Source of the DNA: Chrysomallon squamiferum
Lineage: Eukaryota > Animalia > Mollusca
Direction: 5' to 3'
DNA length: 64,000 nt
Assembly (NCBI GenBank): GCA_012295275.1
Contig: CM022673.1
Location: 18,228,001 to 18,292,000 of the forward strand
Shown: in pieces, positions 14,318 through 29,900 of the stretch
How the letters are laid out: each line of letters opens with the position of its first letter
Numbering within the stretch: the first letter of the stretch is position 1
The notes under the pieces: generated by a model
Told to the model about the DNA's origin: nothing
Database searches by the model: none
The model's input: only the letters and a program-made list of their open reading frames with translations
Made by a program: the position numbers and the translations under genes

Positions 14318-15446
14318 CTGAAAGAGAGCACATGATGACACAGCAAAGTGAATAATTTAGTATTATTCTGATTATATTATCAAAGCTCTTGATTGTTTAT
14401 CAAAACTGACTTAGCCATCAGCTTTTAGAAACATTTTAACTTACCTTTTCTCAATAATCACAAAGCGTCACGCAAGTTTTCTGCCAACGTTTTACTTCTT
14501 TCGTGACCAAAGTGATAGAATACGTAATGTAAATGTTTGAATTAATTAATTTTTTTCGCTTTCTTGGCATACTTCACTTATTCGTTCCTGTCTTTTTTTC
14601 TCTGATATTCAGTTTAACTCGAGACACTGTTAGCCTGTTTGTCAGTGTATTTCAGAAGTTGGACAGTGTACACCTAATTAGTGGTCACAGAGTACATAAC
14701 TGTTAAGTTGAACGTTAGAGAATTTCAAAAGTGTTCTTTTTTATACAGTCATCTGCTGTATAATGCAGGTGTATTGTTTATCTTCGACTCATCTGACAAT
14801 TTAACTATTGTGCTTTTAGTAGTTATTATTTTTGTTGTTGCTGCTGTTGTTGTTGTCGTTGCTGTTGCTGTTGTAGTTGTAGTTCTTTTGCTTCTAAAGA
14901 TAAACTTTCATCGAATTTGATCATGCTTTCTTTATTGTTCTTTCATTCACTATTTTTTGTTTCGTTTATTCATTGCGCAGTCTTTGTCGACTGTAAGGTT
15001 CCCGAACTAATAGCAAGGACTCGTTTACAGTTTGGTTTTCGCCTTACAGGACCTCACACACCACGCTGTTTAGATTTACGAGTCACGTAGCGGTGAGACA
15101 GGAAGCAGTAACGTTGTTAGCAAGTGCATAACAGAAGTTTATCAGTGATCACTACATTTCTATTACCGCTGACAGCGATGTGCTTTTGTCGTTATCGTCC
15201 ACTGGGGAATTAGATCGAGAACTGATCAACATCTGCACACAGCGCCTATAACGAAGCGACAATCTAACGCGCCGCTGAACCGATTACGACAACTGCCACA
15301 GTCTCTTTTTGCCTCGCTAATCAATGAAGTGGAAATGGTGCACTGAATGTCGATGGAGGAATTTAAACTAGGAAAATGAGAATGTAATGGAGGCTTACTT
15401 TGTGTTTACGATGTCGTTGATTTAATTTAATTTATTTTTATTTTTA

Positions 15447-15477
<31 letters not shown>

Positions 15478-16039
15478 TTATTTTATTTATTTATTTATTT
15501 TATTTTTATTTATCTTTATTTATTTATCCTTCTGTTTGACAAGAATTGACAAGAAATGCAATAGCAGATAAATAAACTAAATATGTACTGGAAAAAAAAA
15601 ATAACGGTAAAAAAAAAAAAAAATAAAATAAAATAAAAATAAATAAAAAATAAATGAATGAATGAATAAATAATAAATAATAAATAATAATAATGATTAT
15701 GATGATAAAAATAAAACAAATGTCGCAACAAACAATTCCACAAGGAAGTCTGCTAAATTAATGAAAATAAAAACAATAAAAATGCATCAAGAAGCCAAAC
15801 AGAACAAAAAAAAAATAAATAAATAAATTAAAAAGATTAGCAAGCAACAAATCAGAACCAGTAGTACAACTAGCTAATTAACTAAGTAACTAAAAAACTA
15901 ACTAGTAACTAAGTTACTAACTAACTAACCGACTAACAAAATAAATACATAATTATCATCACATACTAACGTGAAAAAGCTTGAAATATTTTCCAGCAGA
16001 CGAAGTGTTAAAGCGAAATCGGAAAATTATGATAAAACT

Positions 16040-17270
16040 GTGTTGATAATAGCGTTGTGTGTCAATAACGAAGCTGTATGTTGATGTTAACACTGTTACT
16101 AATAGCTGTGTGTTGATAATAATAGTATGTGTTGATAATGAAACTGTATGTTGATGTTAACACTTTGTTACTAATAACTGTGTTGATAATGAAGCTGTAT
16201 GTTGATGTTAACACTTTGTTACTAATAACTGTGTGTTGATAATGAAGCTGTTTGTTAATGTTAACACTTTGCTACTAATACCTATGTTGATAATAATATC
16301 TGTCGACATTAAGGCTGTGTGTTGATAATAACACTGTAGGTTGATAATAATGCTGTATATCGATATTAACGCTGTGTGTTGATAATAACACTGTAGGTTG
16401 ATAATAATGCTGTATGTTGATAATAACGCCGTGTGTTGATAATAATGCTGTATGTTGATATTAACGCCGTGTGTTGATAATAATGCTGTATGTTGATAAT
16501 AACGCCGTGTGTTGATAATAATGCTGTATGTTGATAATAACGCTGTGTGTTGATAATAACACTGTAGGTTGACAATAATGCTGTATGTCGATATTAACGC
16601 CGTGTGTTGATAATAATGCTGTATGTTGATAATAACGCCGTGTGTTGATAATAATGCTGTATGTTGATAATAACGCTGTGTGTTGATAATAACACTGTAG
16701 GTTGACAATAATGCTGTATGTCGATATTAACGCCGTGTGTTGATAATAATGCTGTATGTTGATAATAACGCCGTGTGTTGATAATAATGCTGTATGTTGA
16801 TAATAACGCCGTGTGTTGATAATAATGCTGTATGTTGATAATAACGCTGTGTGTTGATAATAACACTGTAGGTTGACAATAATGCTGTATGTCGATATTA
16901 ACGCCGTGTGTTGATAATAATGCTGTATGTTGATAATAACGCCGTGTGTTGATAATAATGCTGTATGTTGATATTAACGCCGTGTGTTGATAATAATGCT
17001 GTATGTTGATAATAACGCCGTGTGTTGATAATAACGCTGTGTGTTGATAATAATGCTGTATGTTGATAATAACACTGTAGGTTGACAATAATGCTGTATG
17101 TCGATATTAACGCCGTGTGTTGATAATAATGCTCTATGTTGATAATAAAGCCGTGTGTTGATAATAACACTGCATGTTGATAATGACACTATATGTTGAT
17201 AATAACGCTCTCTGTTCATAATAACGCTCTCTATTGATAATAACGCTCTCTATTGATAATAACGCTGTGT
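16040..17270. repeat. 19-bp minisatellite (TGTTGATAATAATGCTGTA / TGTTGATAATAACGCCGTG), ~60 copies with higher-order structure
   Basis: Direct 19-bp periodicity with alternating A/B monomers and degenerate edges. It explains the five overlapping repetitive minus-strand ORFs. Confidence 0.95.
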
Positions 17271-18421
17271 CGCGTGTCTCCAAGACCAATTCACCCGCTC
17301 CCCCGTGCACCGACAGCTGTTTTCACTGCCTTTCTCACTAATACAAATATGAAATATATCTGTGATGTATTTGGAACCCAGGGACAAGACGGATGGTCTA
17401 TTTCAGGAAATATAATCCTATGTGCTAATTAATATCAATAAATTATCCTGGAAGCAAAATTCTGCTGTCATTAATATCGGAATTGGTCGCAATCATGCTA
17501 CGTCGTGCCCTGCAGGAATCGAGATGAAAGCGGATGTTACGTCACAAATTAGAACGTGGTTCCAGGATAATAATGATAATTTACAATATTATTTTTTTGC
17601 TTGAATATCGATTGAATATGCGACATTTAAAATTATTTCAGGTTTAAGTTACAGTGAAAATAACCATGAATAATATAATCGCTTTTCCGTCACTGCTTGT
17701 TTGAGAAAAATTACAAAAATTGTCTGAAGGTATCTCAGTTTTATGTCAGCTTTGTTTAAATGTTTAATCTGCTAGTTTATTTATCAGGGATACACGAACA
17801 GGAAAAATGAGAAAAAATTTATGATCGTATTCTAAAAAGGTCTCCAGGGATGACGCTGTCTGAAGCAGTATTCTGAAAATAAGTTTAAAATTTCTCCCAG
17901 TGATAACTTTTCTTTGCTAATATTCACGCCATTATATTTTATTGTCGTAGACAAACAAAGATTTGAATAATGAATATCTAGATGTATATACATACTGAAT
18001 ACGACAGCAGCGATGATGATGATGATGTTGATAATGCTGATGAAAAGAATAAAAATAAGTAGTGTAATTAATTCACATTTTGACATTTTCGGACAGTTAT
18101 TGCAAACCATGACAAACATAATATCAATTTTCAGTTTGTTCCTTGTCAGGCGCCCTCTTCAAATAAATATTCACTAGAAATATTTATTTTGTTTTATTTA
18201 TATAATTGTATTTTGGTTTTCTTTTCGTTTCTTTTTATTTTCTTTTATTGAATATATGCAAAGCGACTAATAGATCGACAGCAATTTCCACTGCTCCTGC
18301 TGCTGCTACTAATACTACTCCTAGTACTATTAGTTCTACTGGTACTACAACTTTTATGTCTAGTAGTACTACTGCTACTTGTTTTATTTGTTCACTAATA
18401 TTACTACTACTGTACTTCTAT

Positions 18422-18462
<41 letters not shown>

Positions 18463-18472
18463 ATAATAATAA

Positions 18473-18503
<31 letters not shown>

Positions 18504-18700
18504 ACCATACAAGTCTAATACTTAAGCTGGAAGCTAGGAAGTCTTGGTAGCTATGCAGCCGAAGTCGGATCGTAATAGCTGATAACTGTTTTCACGTCTG
18601 GGAACTCTCTATTACTTTACATCAGTAAAATATGATGATTAGAGTCCATATATTCTGTCACAACCGTTTTATCATCACAGACCTACAATAAGCCGAGGAA

Positions 18701-18714
18701 GTTGCCATGACAAC
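18701..18714. promoter_or_regulatory. RFX X-box motif GTTGCCATGACAAC (intron 1)
   Basis: Matches the X-box consensus. Confidence 0.45.
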
Positions 18715-18985
18715 AGCTAAAATGATTGTATAATTGTATAAAGGGGAACAAACCTTTTTTCTTTTTTTTTTAACTCAGTTTGAAACAGTCATACACATTT
18801 AAAAATATGCTGTCTGAATTTTATTTAATTACGCTGGTTATGTATTTATTTTTAAGTTTTATCTTTGCTTCGCTTTTAAAATTTTTATTTTTTATTTTAT
18901 TAAACGTAACAAAAATAAAAAATAAAAAAAAAAAATTATTAAAATTATTAAAATTATTTAAATTATTATTATTATTATTATTATT

Positions 18986-19024
<39 letters not shown>

Positions 19025-20083
19025 ATATTTATTTATTTATTTATTTATTTATGTTTTATTTATTGTGCATTGTTTCTTTCACTTAAAATTGTCTTTGAAT
19101 TTCGATTTGTTTCAAGTATGGATTTGATCCAGTCTATGCGCTCTTAGTGAAAACTAGAAAATAAATGATTTTTTTCTCATTCATTTCCCATCAAACATTT
19201 ATCACAGTGTCACATGCACTCTAGAAACGCTAAGCAGAAAGAAACCCTGGTACTACTACATGTTACAGCACTCAGACCTACTACAATGTGTGTAATGTCT
19301 GCCAACACAACGACCCTAAAGTTGTCTTGAAGCATTGGCTTCTTCGAGAGAATTTACTGCACCACTGAGTGGTAAATTCGATTAGCAGATTATTAGTTTA
19401 ATAAACTTCCTCTTTGGAAAAATCTCTTTACGGTGATTCAAGACAGAGATTTAGAAAGTAATATGTGACCCAGTGGCATTTACAGTCTCGTTTGATGTGT
19501 CCATATGAGAGCTGAATATTTTCAGTAACGTCGCATTACTTTATCTATCACTGTCAGTTGCATGTCAGTCTAATAAAACCCAGAATATCTCACAGACTTT
19601 GAATTAGGTATTTCCCGATTAATATGCACTTTTTCTCTTTTTATTTTCTTATCGTCTTCTCCTCTTTCTGTCTTTCTCTCTTTTATTTCTCTTCTCCTCA
19701 GTGTATCTTTTTTCTCTCATTCTCAAAGCTAGAACGACTTATATCAAGCAGTCTGAATGAAACAGTCAAGATCATGTACTGATGGTTTAAACTAATTTAA
19801 ACAGTTGAAAGAAATTTGTTGTTTGCGTATCTTGTTAGCTGCACGTGTGTATGAACGAACTATTGATGGGCGGACTGACGAACGGTGTGGATCGATTTAT
19901 GTGCATTTGCTTTTATACAAACTGACAGAAAATCATGTTTGTTGATCATGTGATTGAAAACTGCAATATGATCATTGTAGATTACTACCTGAACATTTGT
20001 TGTTCTGTATGCGCTATGTCATGCAGTAGTATACCATACTTTGTTATACTATGTAATGTTATAACCATATATATACAGATAGG

Positions 20084-20086
<3 letters not shown>

Positions 20087-20140
<54 letters not shown>
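20087..20140. repeat. (AG)n microsatellite
   Basis: Seen directly. Confidence 0.97.
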
Positions 20141-20142
<2 letters not shown>

Positions 20143-21044
20143 TTGTTTTAAATCGTGTGTACGTCGAGACGTAAAGGTCAGAGAGAAACGTGCAGTCTAG
20201 ATTAGTAATCACTGAGTAGTGCGTGGTATCAACTTAATGACATGTATATCGACCAGTTAGCCACGTGGTATATGTTACCACATTGTTTATCTAGAGTGCG
20301 CTGTGTTAACACTCGTAATCTCTCCTGCATCAACTTCTCCTTCAACTCTCTATAATACACTGCTGGCTTCTCGCTACTTTACTTGTTAGTCAAAACAGAT
20401 ACAAGTCGTAATAGCTAATAACCAGCTTCTGGTCATACTGCGAATTTTATGTTAAATACAGAGATCTGATGTACACACACAAATACACACACTCTCTCAC
20501 TCTCTCTGTGTGTATATATATATAGATATATAAGATTATACTAACATATATAAATACGCATATACGCATATACATGTATACATATACACATACACAAACA
20601 CACACATACAAATACATAAACAAGCACACACATACATATACACATACACAAACATGCACACATACAAATACATAAACATGCACTATTTCTCAGATGCAGC
20701 ACGGTTCAGACGTAATTGAAAGTGCTGATATAAATAATAAATTACACGTGTAAACGCGGCAGACGTAATCCATTAATAAGTCTAATCTGCGGCGCATGCG
20801 GCTTTTCAAAACACAACTGAAAATTGTGCAGAGTTTATTAATTTTTCAAATGTTTCTATTCTGGATCAGCTGTACATAATTATAATACATAATGGATAAG
20901 TCTCTTGCTTTAAATTTTAAATAAAACCATTTATTCAGAAAATTTCGGCATCGCATGGAATACTTTGACAAAATGTGATATAAAAGTAAAATTTTGAACT
21001 TATTTGACATATATCTCTATTTCAATTTTAAATATAGTCATTGT

Positions 21045-21422
21045 CACTGGAGTAGTAATAATAGTGGTAATAGCAGTAGTAGTAGTAGAGGGGTGGTCGT
21101 GGTGGAAGTAGTTTAATAGTAGTAGTAGTAATAGTAGAAGTTGTTAATAATAATAATAGTAGTAGCAGGAGTACTAATGGTGATAGCAGAAGTAGTATAA
21201 TAATAATAAATATAATAGCAATAGTAGGAGGAGTAGGAGTAGAAATAGCAGTGATAGTAGCAATAGTAGTAATAGTAATACTGTTGTAGAGGTGATAGAA
21301 GTAGTAGTAGAATAATAATAGTAGTATAGTTGTATGAGAAGTAGCAGTACTTGAAGCAGTAGTATAGTGGTTGAAGTAGTGGTAGTAGCAATGGTAGTTT
21401 GTGTAGTAGCACCAAATAATAA
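21045..21422. repeat. Degenerate (TAG/TAA/CAG)n trinucleotide low-complexity tract
   Basis: Seen directly. It is the source of three overlapping minus-strand poly-Y/L/T ORFs. Confidence 0.9.
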
Positions 21423-21893
21423 TACAAAAAATAATACTTGCATTTGACCTGAACAAAAAAAAAAAAAAAAAAAAAATCAATTATTCTTTATTTAGCAGTG
21501 TAATTTCACATTAAGAAAAAAAAAAATGTACATGTTCGATTCTAACTAAATCAAATATAAAACCTAGAAATAATTTTAATGACAACGTCTAACAGAGCAG
21601 AATAATTTTACTAAATGAGTGGGATAGACAGAGAAGGGAGGTAACTGTGAAAGATCGAAGTGATGATTCATAGCGCTGCAGGCTAACGGTGGCTAAAAAT
21701 AGATTAAAAAATTCTAGACGTTAAGCAACGTGGAGATAAAGTTTCGAAACTACGGCCTGAATCAATAATCGGGTGAAAAGATTATCTCAAGTATCCACGA
21801 TCTTGGTTCGTTCATTGCTAGCTTTACGAACAGTAACGATCGTTTCCGAGTATACTCGCGAAAGTAAACCGAACTCTTGATAGTATCTGCGGC

Positions 21894-21907
21894 GTTACCA
21901 TGACAAC
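21894..21907. promoter_or_regulatory. RFX X-box motif GTTACCATGACAAC (intron 1)
   Basis: Matches the X-box consensus and lies in a CpG-containing non-repetitive patch. Confidence 0.45.
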
Positions 21908-22339
21908 ATATTTTAGTTAACTACATTTAATGCTAATAATGAGACTGAATCTAAGTGCTAACGCATGTAAATTGTTGTAACATGCACCGAGTTACAAATC
22001 TCAGTGGAACTTTAAAACCTTTCACTAATTTCTTTAAAACAAATCTAATGTAGCTTTCACTTCAGGTCACACTTCGTACATTGCAATATTTAAAACGAAT
22101 AATAAAAAAAAAAAGACCAAAGCAAAGTAAAAAAATATTAAATAGCACACTGTAGTTTTGAAATAATTAAATCAATGACAATAAATGGTTCAAACTCAAG
22201 TCTTGGAGTAGAGCAGTGTATCTGGCTACATTTCTAGTACAAATTAATTTAATTCTGACAGAAAAATATGATAGAAGAAACAAATACGTTTTAGAACATT
22301 TCTGTTGAACTTATAGAAAGAACAGTGTATATATTTATC

Positions 22340-22426
<87 letters not shown>

Positions 22427-23769
22427 AGATTTTATTAGATTTTATTTTTTTATTTGGCAGGGATGATGGGAATTATTGGTAATTTCTTGGAAATAAAAAA
22501 CCGACGTTGTTTCAAAATATTTATTAAATGATCGATGACTGTTTTCAGCCAGCAGCTCACGTCTTGTAGTAAACTACGCTAATTTATGTTTATGAAAATG
22601 ATTATTGTAACATTGAGCTGATAACTGTTATTAACGGTTCAGCCTCATTACAGGTATTGTGTTAACAGACGAATGAATTCAGTGTTTGTCAGTAATTGCA
22701 GTTTTCAGCAGTCGTTACTAACAAATCTCTTATCTCTTCTGCAAGACACTTTGTTATGATCAGTCGAGTGACAGCCTAACAAAGCCTGTTTGATGTTTTT
22801 GCTTTTCAATCAAGCAGTCGTTTGAAATGCGCCTAACACTGACTGATGGTTAAAACAAGACTGTCTTGGGCCTCGGTTGTCTGCTGAAGACAGTGGTAGC
22901 GAGATGCAGAAGCCATTCCATCGTTTACTGGTAGGACTGGGCTAACCGTATAGAGAAAATATTCTTTTTACCTATTCTTTGAAAAACTTTTGATTTGATT
23001 GCTAAAATTAAATTTTATATTTTAACATACATGGTTAGATATTTCTCTGTACCAGCAAGTTATATTTTTAAAGGTAAAATTAAAGTATTACAATCCTTTG
23101 AAAAATTAACGTTAACGATACGAGAGAATCAGAAAGGAGAAGTAAAAGAATCTGTTTCCGGCATTACGAGACTCCCGCGGCTAATGACGTCACTTGTTAA
23201 TACAGCAGATACGCTAAGATGGTAATAAACAGCCATTAGAGAGTTTTTCATTATGACAAATTGAACGATTATTTCATTAACACATTGTGTCGTTCCACAC
23301 AGCGACCAGAAGTCCTCTTGTCAGCGTTGAGATACATCACAGTTTGACTGCTTTCAATTACAGTCTGCAAGGTCAAAATTAAATGTTGCTTAATTTGTTT
23401 TCGTTCTGTCACACTAATCCACGAAAACCAATGCATCTCGCATTAACACAGAGCCGTGTTCTTATCATCCAGCCATTAGTGAACACAGAGCCATTTCTTA
23501 GACGGTCCATCAGTCTTAGACGCTCCACAGCTCCTCCTTTGTTCACGGCCGATAAGCTGGCGAAGTCGTGAAAAGACGCCATCAAATCTGGCAACGTGCT
23601 GTGTGTTGTGAATAATGAGGCAGGCTAAGGAAATATCCATTTTGTCTTTGTTGTTTACTGCTTTCCTCACTGACTGTTTCACCTCTAACAGTAGATGACC
23701 CTAACTGGTCAATGCGTGTACTTATTTACTCTGTCCGTTATCTGTAGTTTAATCAAATATTATTATTTG

Positions 23770-23908
<139 letters not shown>

Positions 23909-26900
23909 CGGTCGTTCAAAGTTTGTCTTGCTATTTGTCTTTCCGTATCACAAATACATTGTATTTATTTATTTTTTTGATATGTCTGTATCGCAAGTAT
24001 CACAATATTCTGAGTACATACATCTGTCTATTTTCGTTTTTGTTTTTATTTTTGGTTATGTAAAGCACAGTTTACGCATTCACGAATAATAACGTATACA
24101 ACATTATCAGATTGGTTTTTTTCGCTACAGTATAACGGAATAGCGTAAGAGAGCGCACATTGATTTAATAATTTACTTCAGATCATTTCACTAAAACCTG
24201 GGGTTTTTTGGTGATGTTATAAGCGGGCAGTGATCTTTGAGTAATATGTCGTTACACAACAGTTTGCTCGTTCATGTGTTCATCGTCTGTTTGTCTCCTG
24301 TGTTTGTCCGTTACGCGTCGGTCACACGCCATCCTGACATTCACCAGTGTTATTACGTGCTTACAGTCAATAACATCGCATAATGAACTAGGGATGACTT
24401 TCATCTACGAGCATTTTCTAACCTACAGCTAGTGAAAATAGTAATGTATATGATCCGTTATTGGTACAGGTTCAAACAGAGAGAGTAAGACCTCAGAATT
24501 TTGTTAGCTATAACACAAACACTTACACAGGAAGAAAACCTAGGCTTCTGAATGATTTGTCCAACGTATTTTAGTTTATTTTCATTTGATTGACTGGTAA
24601 GAAATACAAATTAAAGAAAATGACAGAAACATTGCCTAAAATAGTTTTTCAAATTACATGCAATATCGTGTTATTTTGAAACAGAAAATTACATTAAAAG
24701 AAAAAATTATGTTCTTGTTTGGTAAGGTTACCGATTATATTCTGGTTGAACATATTAAAAAGCTAATTACAGTAATAAATAAATGACGTAATATGAGTTT
24801 GTAATATAGTTTATCATTTGTAAATGCCTGTAATATTAAATAATTTTTTACGGATTTGTTTTTCGATTTATAAAACTGAAATGTCCCAGTGGACTCAAAA
24901 TCTTTCATGGTGTTGCTTTTATAACAAATATAAATTTTATTTCTTTATAAACAAATAAAGTAAATGATGCATTCTGCTAAAGAAATTTCTCTGTAAGCTG
25001 ACTGCTGACGTAGAACAACTAATAGTACTATTATTGTTAAAAATAAATTAGAAAAAAAAGAAAAAAAAAGAAAAACGCCCACAAAATCATGAGAGATTTA
25101 TGCTTATTCAGCCTTAAATGAAAACGAGGTGCGAAAAAATATCATTTGGAAACAAACCTAATAGCTTTTTTTTGGAATTATAATAATATTAGACTTGACA
25201 TTCAGTTTCTTTCAGAAGAAAAAAAAAAAAAAAAAAAATTTAAACTAAGGAATTTGGTAGAATTTTTTTTTTTTTTATTATTTTTTTTTTTTAAATCTTT
25301 TGGCCTCTCTATATTTAGCCAAAATAGAAATGTAGGTTTATAAAATAATATATATCTATTAGTATAACGAGCTGTTGAAACAGTAATTTGTTTATTCCAA
25401 AGTTAAAGTGAACGTGTATGAAGAAACAGGATATTCCCAGTGCGAGTGTTAAATCGGAGTTTCTACTTAGCGTTGTTTCTGCGTGTGGGTTTATTACTGA
25501 AACTCGGCTCACAGGGATTATTTAGCAATAATTTCTCTGATACTTCATTTGTCAGTCTTTTCTAAATAACGTAATACCAATTTGACGTGGCTGTGTAAAA
25601 AACTCGTCAATAAATAACTGAAGAAATGCATGCATCTCTTTATCGGTTCTCAACGTTTCAATAACAACATTTATCACGTGTCAAACTAAAATAGACTTTC
25701 TCTGTTCGACAAACATGCTCTCATTCCTGTCACTTACTGTATATAAACATTTCATATCAACTTTTTATAGGCAGCCGAACACACAGTATGTATTAATATC
25801 CTTATAAATACTCTCAGTCCAAATGGGGCATCACAGATGACTAGTTCGTGTAACCTATGATAGATAAAATAAACTAACTACACCCATCCCTCGCTTGAAT
25901 ATAGAGAATACCTAATTAAATGTCGAGTCTGCCAGTAATTCTAATACAATACAAATTAACAATCAAACTAATAAGATGTCGATAATCGTACAAAATTAAA
26001 CTAATAAAATATCGATGATCGTACAATGAGATATCGACAAATGTAAAACAATTATCGATAAACCTAGTACACAACTAATGAGACATCAATAAATATAGTA
26101 GTACATATTTATCAAATATCAATGAATTCAGTAGTATATACTCAATCAGATATGAACAAATTTACAACACTGCTAAATACATATGGACAAACCCAATATA
26201 AGCTAAATAAACTTACAACGCAACTAATCAAATATCGACTATCAGTCTATGGAAAAAGTGTTCTGAGCTACAGCTTCTTAAAGCTGTTATTTTTAGTTTT
26301 GTTTTAAATGAAACAGATAAGTGTCGACAAAATTCTTTTTTTTATCTTGTCAGCTGTCTTGAGGAAAATGTTCCTGCAGGTCAAGATAATGTAATAGCGA
26401 TTCAAACCAGGAACGAAAAAATGTTTGTGAAATGAAGCGTCCTCCCTTATAAACACGATTTTGAAATACTGTCTGACAAATTACCTAAATAAATTTAGTT
26501 AATTTCAAACTTGGTTAGTTCTCTCCAGGCGTCCAGACATTATTAATGGTTTATAGTTTTTTAAATAGTCGGGAACATTAATGGAGGTTTCCAGTTTCGT
26601 TTAAAAAGAAGAGAGCGTTATTAATTTATGAAACAAACAACTGATGAATTTAAATACAAAAATTAATAATTCACTGACAAAACTGTCCTGTCTCTCAGCT
26701 TAAAATAAAACTTTCATGTTTCATTTCATTTCGTGATTAAAATTACCCACAGTTCATGCTTCATTTATCCTGACACCGATAAGATTTCATACTGGTTTAA
26801 ATAACAGACACTTTTTAAATATTTTATTTTATTTTAATATTATTTACGTCATACACTTGATTATTTTAGAAATCAAATCTCAGTACCGAAACCCTGTTAA

Positions 26901-29900
26901 CAAAATTAACTTGAAAGTTAAATAATTAATTGCTTTACTTCCTGTGGATGTTCAAACTATTTATATCCATCTAAAAGCTATGATTACAAGTGTATAGAAG
27001 TTCTAACTCAGATAATTTGTTTAAAAAGAAAAAAAGAAAAAAATTAAAATTTTAACGGTTCTATCTCCTAAATAAGATTTAGATATATTTTGTCAGTAGT
27101 AATAATTATTATATTAAATGTAACAGCATCCGGGCCAGCCTCATTAATATAACTTTTGGCCTATTTTGCATGATTAAATGTAACATTATATATATATATT
27201 TTTTAACAAATCTTTGTACGACAATTCACAGCCACTGTATGACCGCCCAGGTTTGTAGTTTAGAAGAATATGTAGAACGTGATTATCTTGTTTAATAACT
27301 GTTTACAGATAGCAGTCTGTATGCACATTCTTTACTTATCTGTTAGTCGAATGAAGAAAGACATATTTTTAATTGACGGTAAAACAGTTTAGGAATTAAT
27401 AATTATATATATATATTTATTATTTTTACATATATATAAAAAAGAAAGAGAAAACAAATACATTTCTTGTTGTTCTTAAAAATGTCTATATAATTTCCTA
27501 TCTAAATTGAGTTTTAGACATTTTCTTATGCATGCTTCGATTTCTTTACAGACACGATAAGAGCGAGACCGGACGTAATTCTTTTTATCGCAGTTTTTTC
27601 CTCCCCCAAAAGAGAAATCCTATCAATAAACGTGCAGTAACAAGAAAGCCGCGGCAAGACATGTTATAGCTCTATGATTTGAACAATTCTCTGTGAAATC
27701 TGTATTGTCTTCCTGCAGGAGGTCAATGAAAAGTCTGGGGAAAAGAAATGAAAATTTATTTTATGTGATTCCACTGAAGAACCAGATCTCAACTGTGTCT
27801 GAGTACGTGATAAATTCTTACATCTCTTACGTGTCGTTAGTTTCGTTTGGCCAATAAATAATAAATAAAAATAAATGAACGTCAGGGAGATGTCTGTACT
27901 GTTCTAGCAATCCATACAGTTCTGTTGTTTTCTTTGCCAAGTGCGAATCCATACAAAGTACTGGAAGGACATGCTTAGCCATATATATATAGAAAGTTTC
28001 TAGCGATATTTTAAAGTGTACTTCTTTTTCATGGTTCTTTCAGTCTTCTAATATTTTAAATAAAAATTCTATATATTATGCGTAACTAGACGAAACTGTA
28101 ATTTGATACAAATGGCTGAATTTTGTCTCTGTAATTATTCTTTTCAAACAGCAGATCTGAACACAACCAGAGTCTGTCCATTCTAATTTACAGTTTTATA
28201 TTATTACACAAAACAGCTGAGTGGTACAAGCAGTGTAACACAAACACGGAGAATATCAGTGAAAACACCTTATATTAGAAAGTTACATTCTATGCATTTT
28301 CTAAAATTACAGTGTTTTTACAATGGAATAAATATAGCTATAAGATTATCTAAACCATTGATTATGCTTGGAAGCAGGTATTTATGCTGAGAAACATAAA
28401 ATCTTTTTATTACTAGATGCATATTTCTTTGTGTGAAAGTTTCTACTTTGGCGGGTTATTTGAAATTGTCTTAATTTAATCATTTATATTTTCTAAACAT
28501 TTGGGATTAATAAAATCATACTAGATTTTTGGACGTTAAAGCAGAAAAGTATTTCATATATAATGAACACGTTTCTCCTTTGCTTGTCAAACTAGATTTC
28601 GGATTTTTTTTATCTTCTCAATTATTTCATTTTTCTGCAAACTCCGGTTGTGTCTATACTGGGTTTAGTCAAGTCGGAAACTAAATCTGTAGATGCCAGG
28701 CAGATCAACGTTTAACAAATCTTACAAATGAGTTGAGATTTCAAGAGGACTCTTCTCTCTGTATTGTGAAGTGTGAAGACGTGGTGACTTTACTTGTCAG
28801 ATGTTACAGAGAACGAAACTTGAACTCGACACTTCAAACTGTGATTCTTTATGTAAGTGTTAACAGAAAAGGTCGCTGTCTTCACCGCGATAAACTAATT
28901 TGTAATGATTCGGCCTGTTCCTATCTGTCTTGTAATTACAGCAAGACATTATTATCTCAAGTAAGATTCTGCTGCAATAAATGACATCTGTTTTATAATT
29001 ATGGTAATTAGCAGAAATTCTAATTTCCCTGCACCTAGACACATCTATGTTACGTTTTCTTATAGATCATCAAAACCATTCGGCTTTAGCAACAAAACTC
29101 TTTTTATGTAAATATTGTTATTACTGTTTGTTGTGAATCTCTCTGTAACTAGATAGATCTGTGATGCTAATTTAAAAAATTACGACTAAAGACTAGCGTG
29201 CAAGAGACACTCTGGTGATTACGATGTTCTAAACCAGGGCTCTTTTTCTGTCAGTGTTTAAACAGATATTCCTCATTAGGCTTTATAAACTTGTCGTGTG
29301 TGTTTGCTCAGTGCTGGATAAACCTGTGTTATTACTGGTATAATTTACACTGTTATCAGCTAGGCACAGCCTCGCAGAACTAACACCAGATAAATCTTCC
29401 TGTAGCACTTTTGACTTCTTCATTTTCTAAACAAATTCCTCTCACAATCCTCCGCTTTTGTCCATCAGTCAGCTGACGTTTCGAAACGTGCTGAAATCCA
29501 CTGAAGGGTGGAGCACGTCTCTCGTGGGCCTGCACTCAGCAGTGAGAGAATTACTGAAGAGATTTGTGAGGGTCTTACATCTTCCAAATTAGCTATATAG
29601 CTTCTGTAGGATAATTTACCAGTGTATATTTTATTTATAAATTTTAGTTTTATTTACATTATAGGTTTTATTTGCAAGTGTTTGTTTTATTGTTCAGTGT
29701 AGATTTTATTTTCCTCTATTCAGGGTTGAAGCTCTTCGCAGTGTCACCTAAATCAGCTCATATTTGAAGTCGGTATGTAGAATGTAACCGACTGCTTAAA
29801 TAACAAGATAAAAGAAGAACAAATCGTCTTTATATAAGCACTCTCCGATCTCTGTTAGGCTACAGCTGTAGTTGGTATCGTGAAGGATCTCACTAGCTAC

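Noticed and set aside
16208-17219. Repetitive minus-strand ORFs up to 166 aa
   Set aside because: Products of the 19-bp minisatellite. The same peptide appears in all frames, with no splice signals or unique domain.
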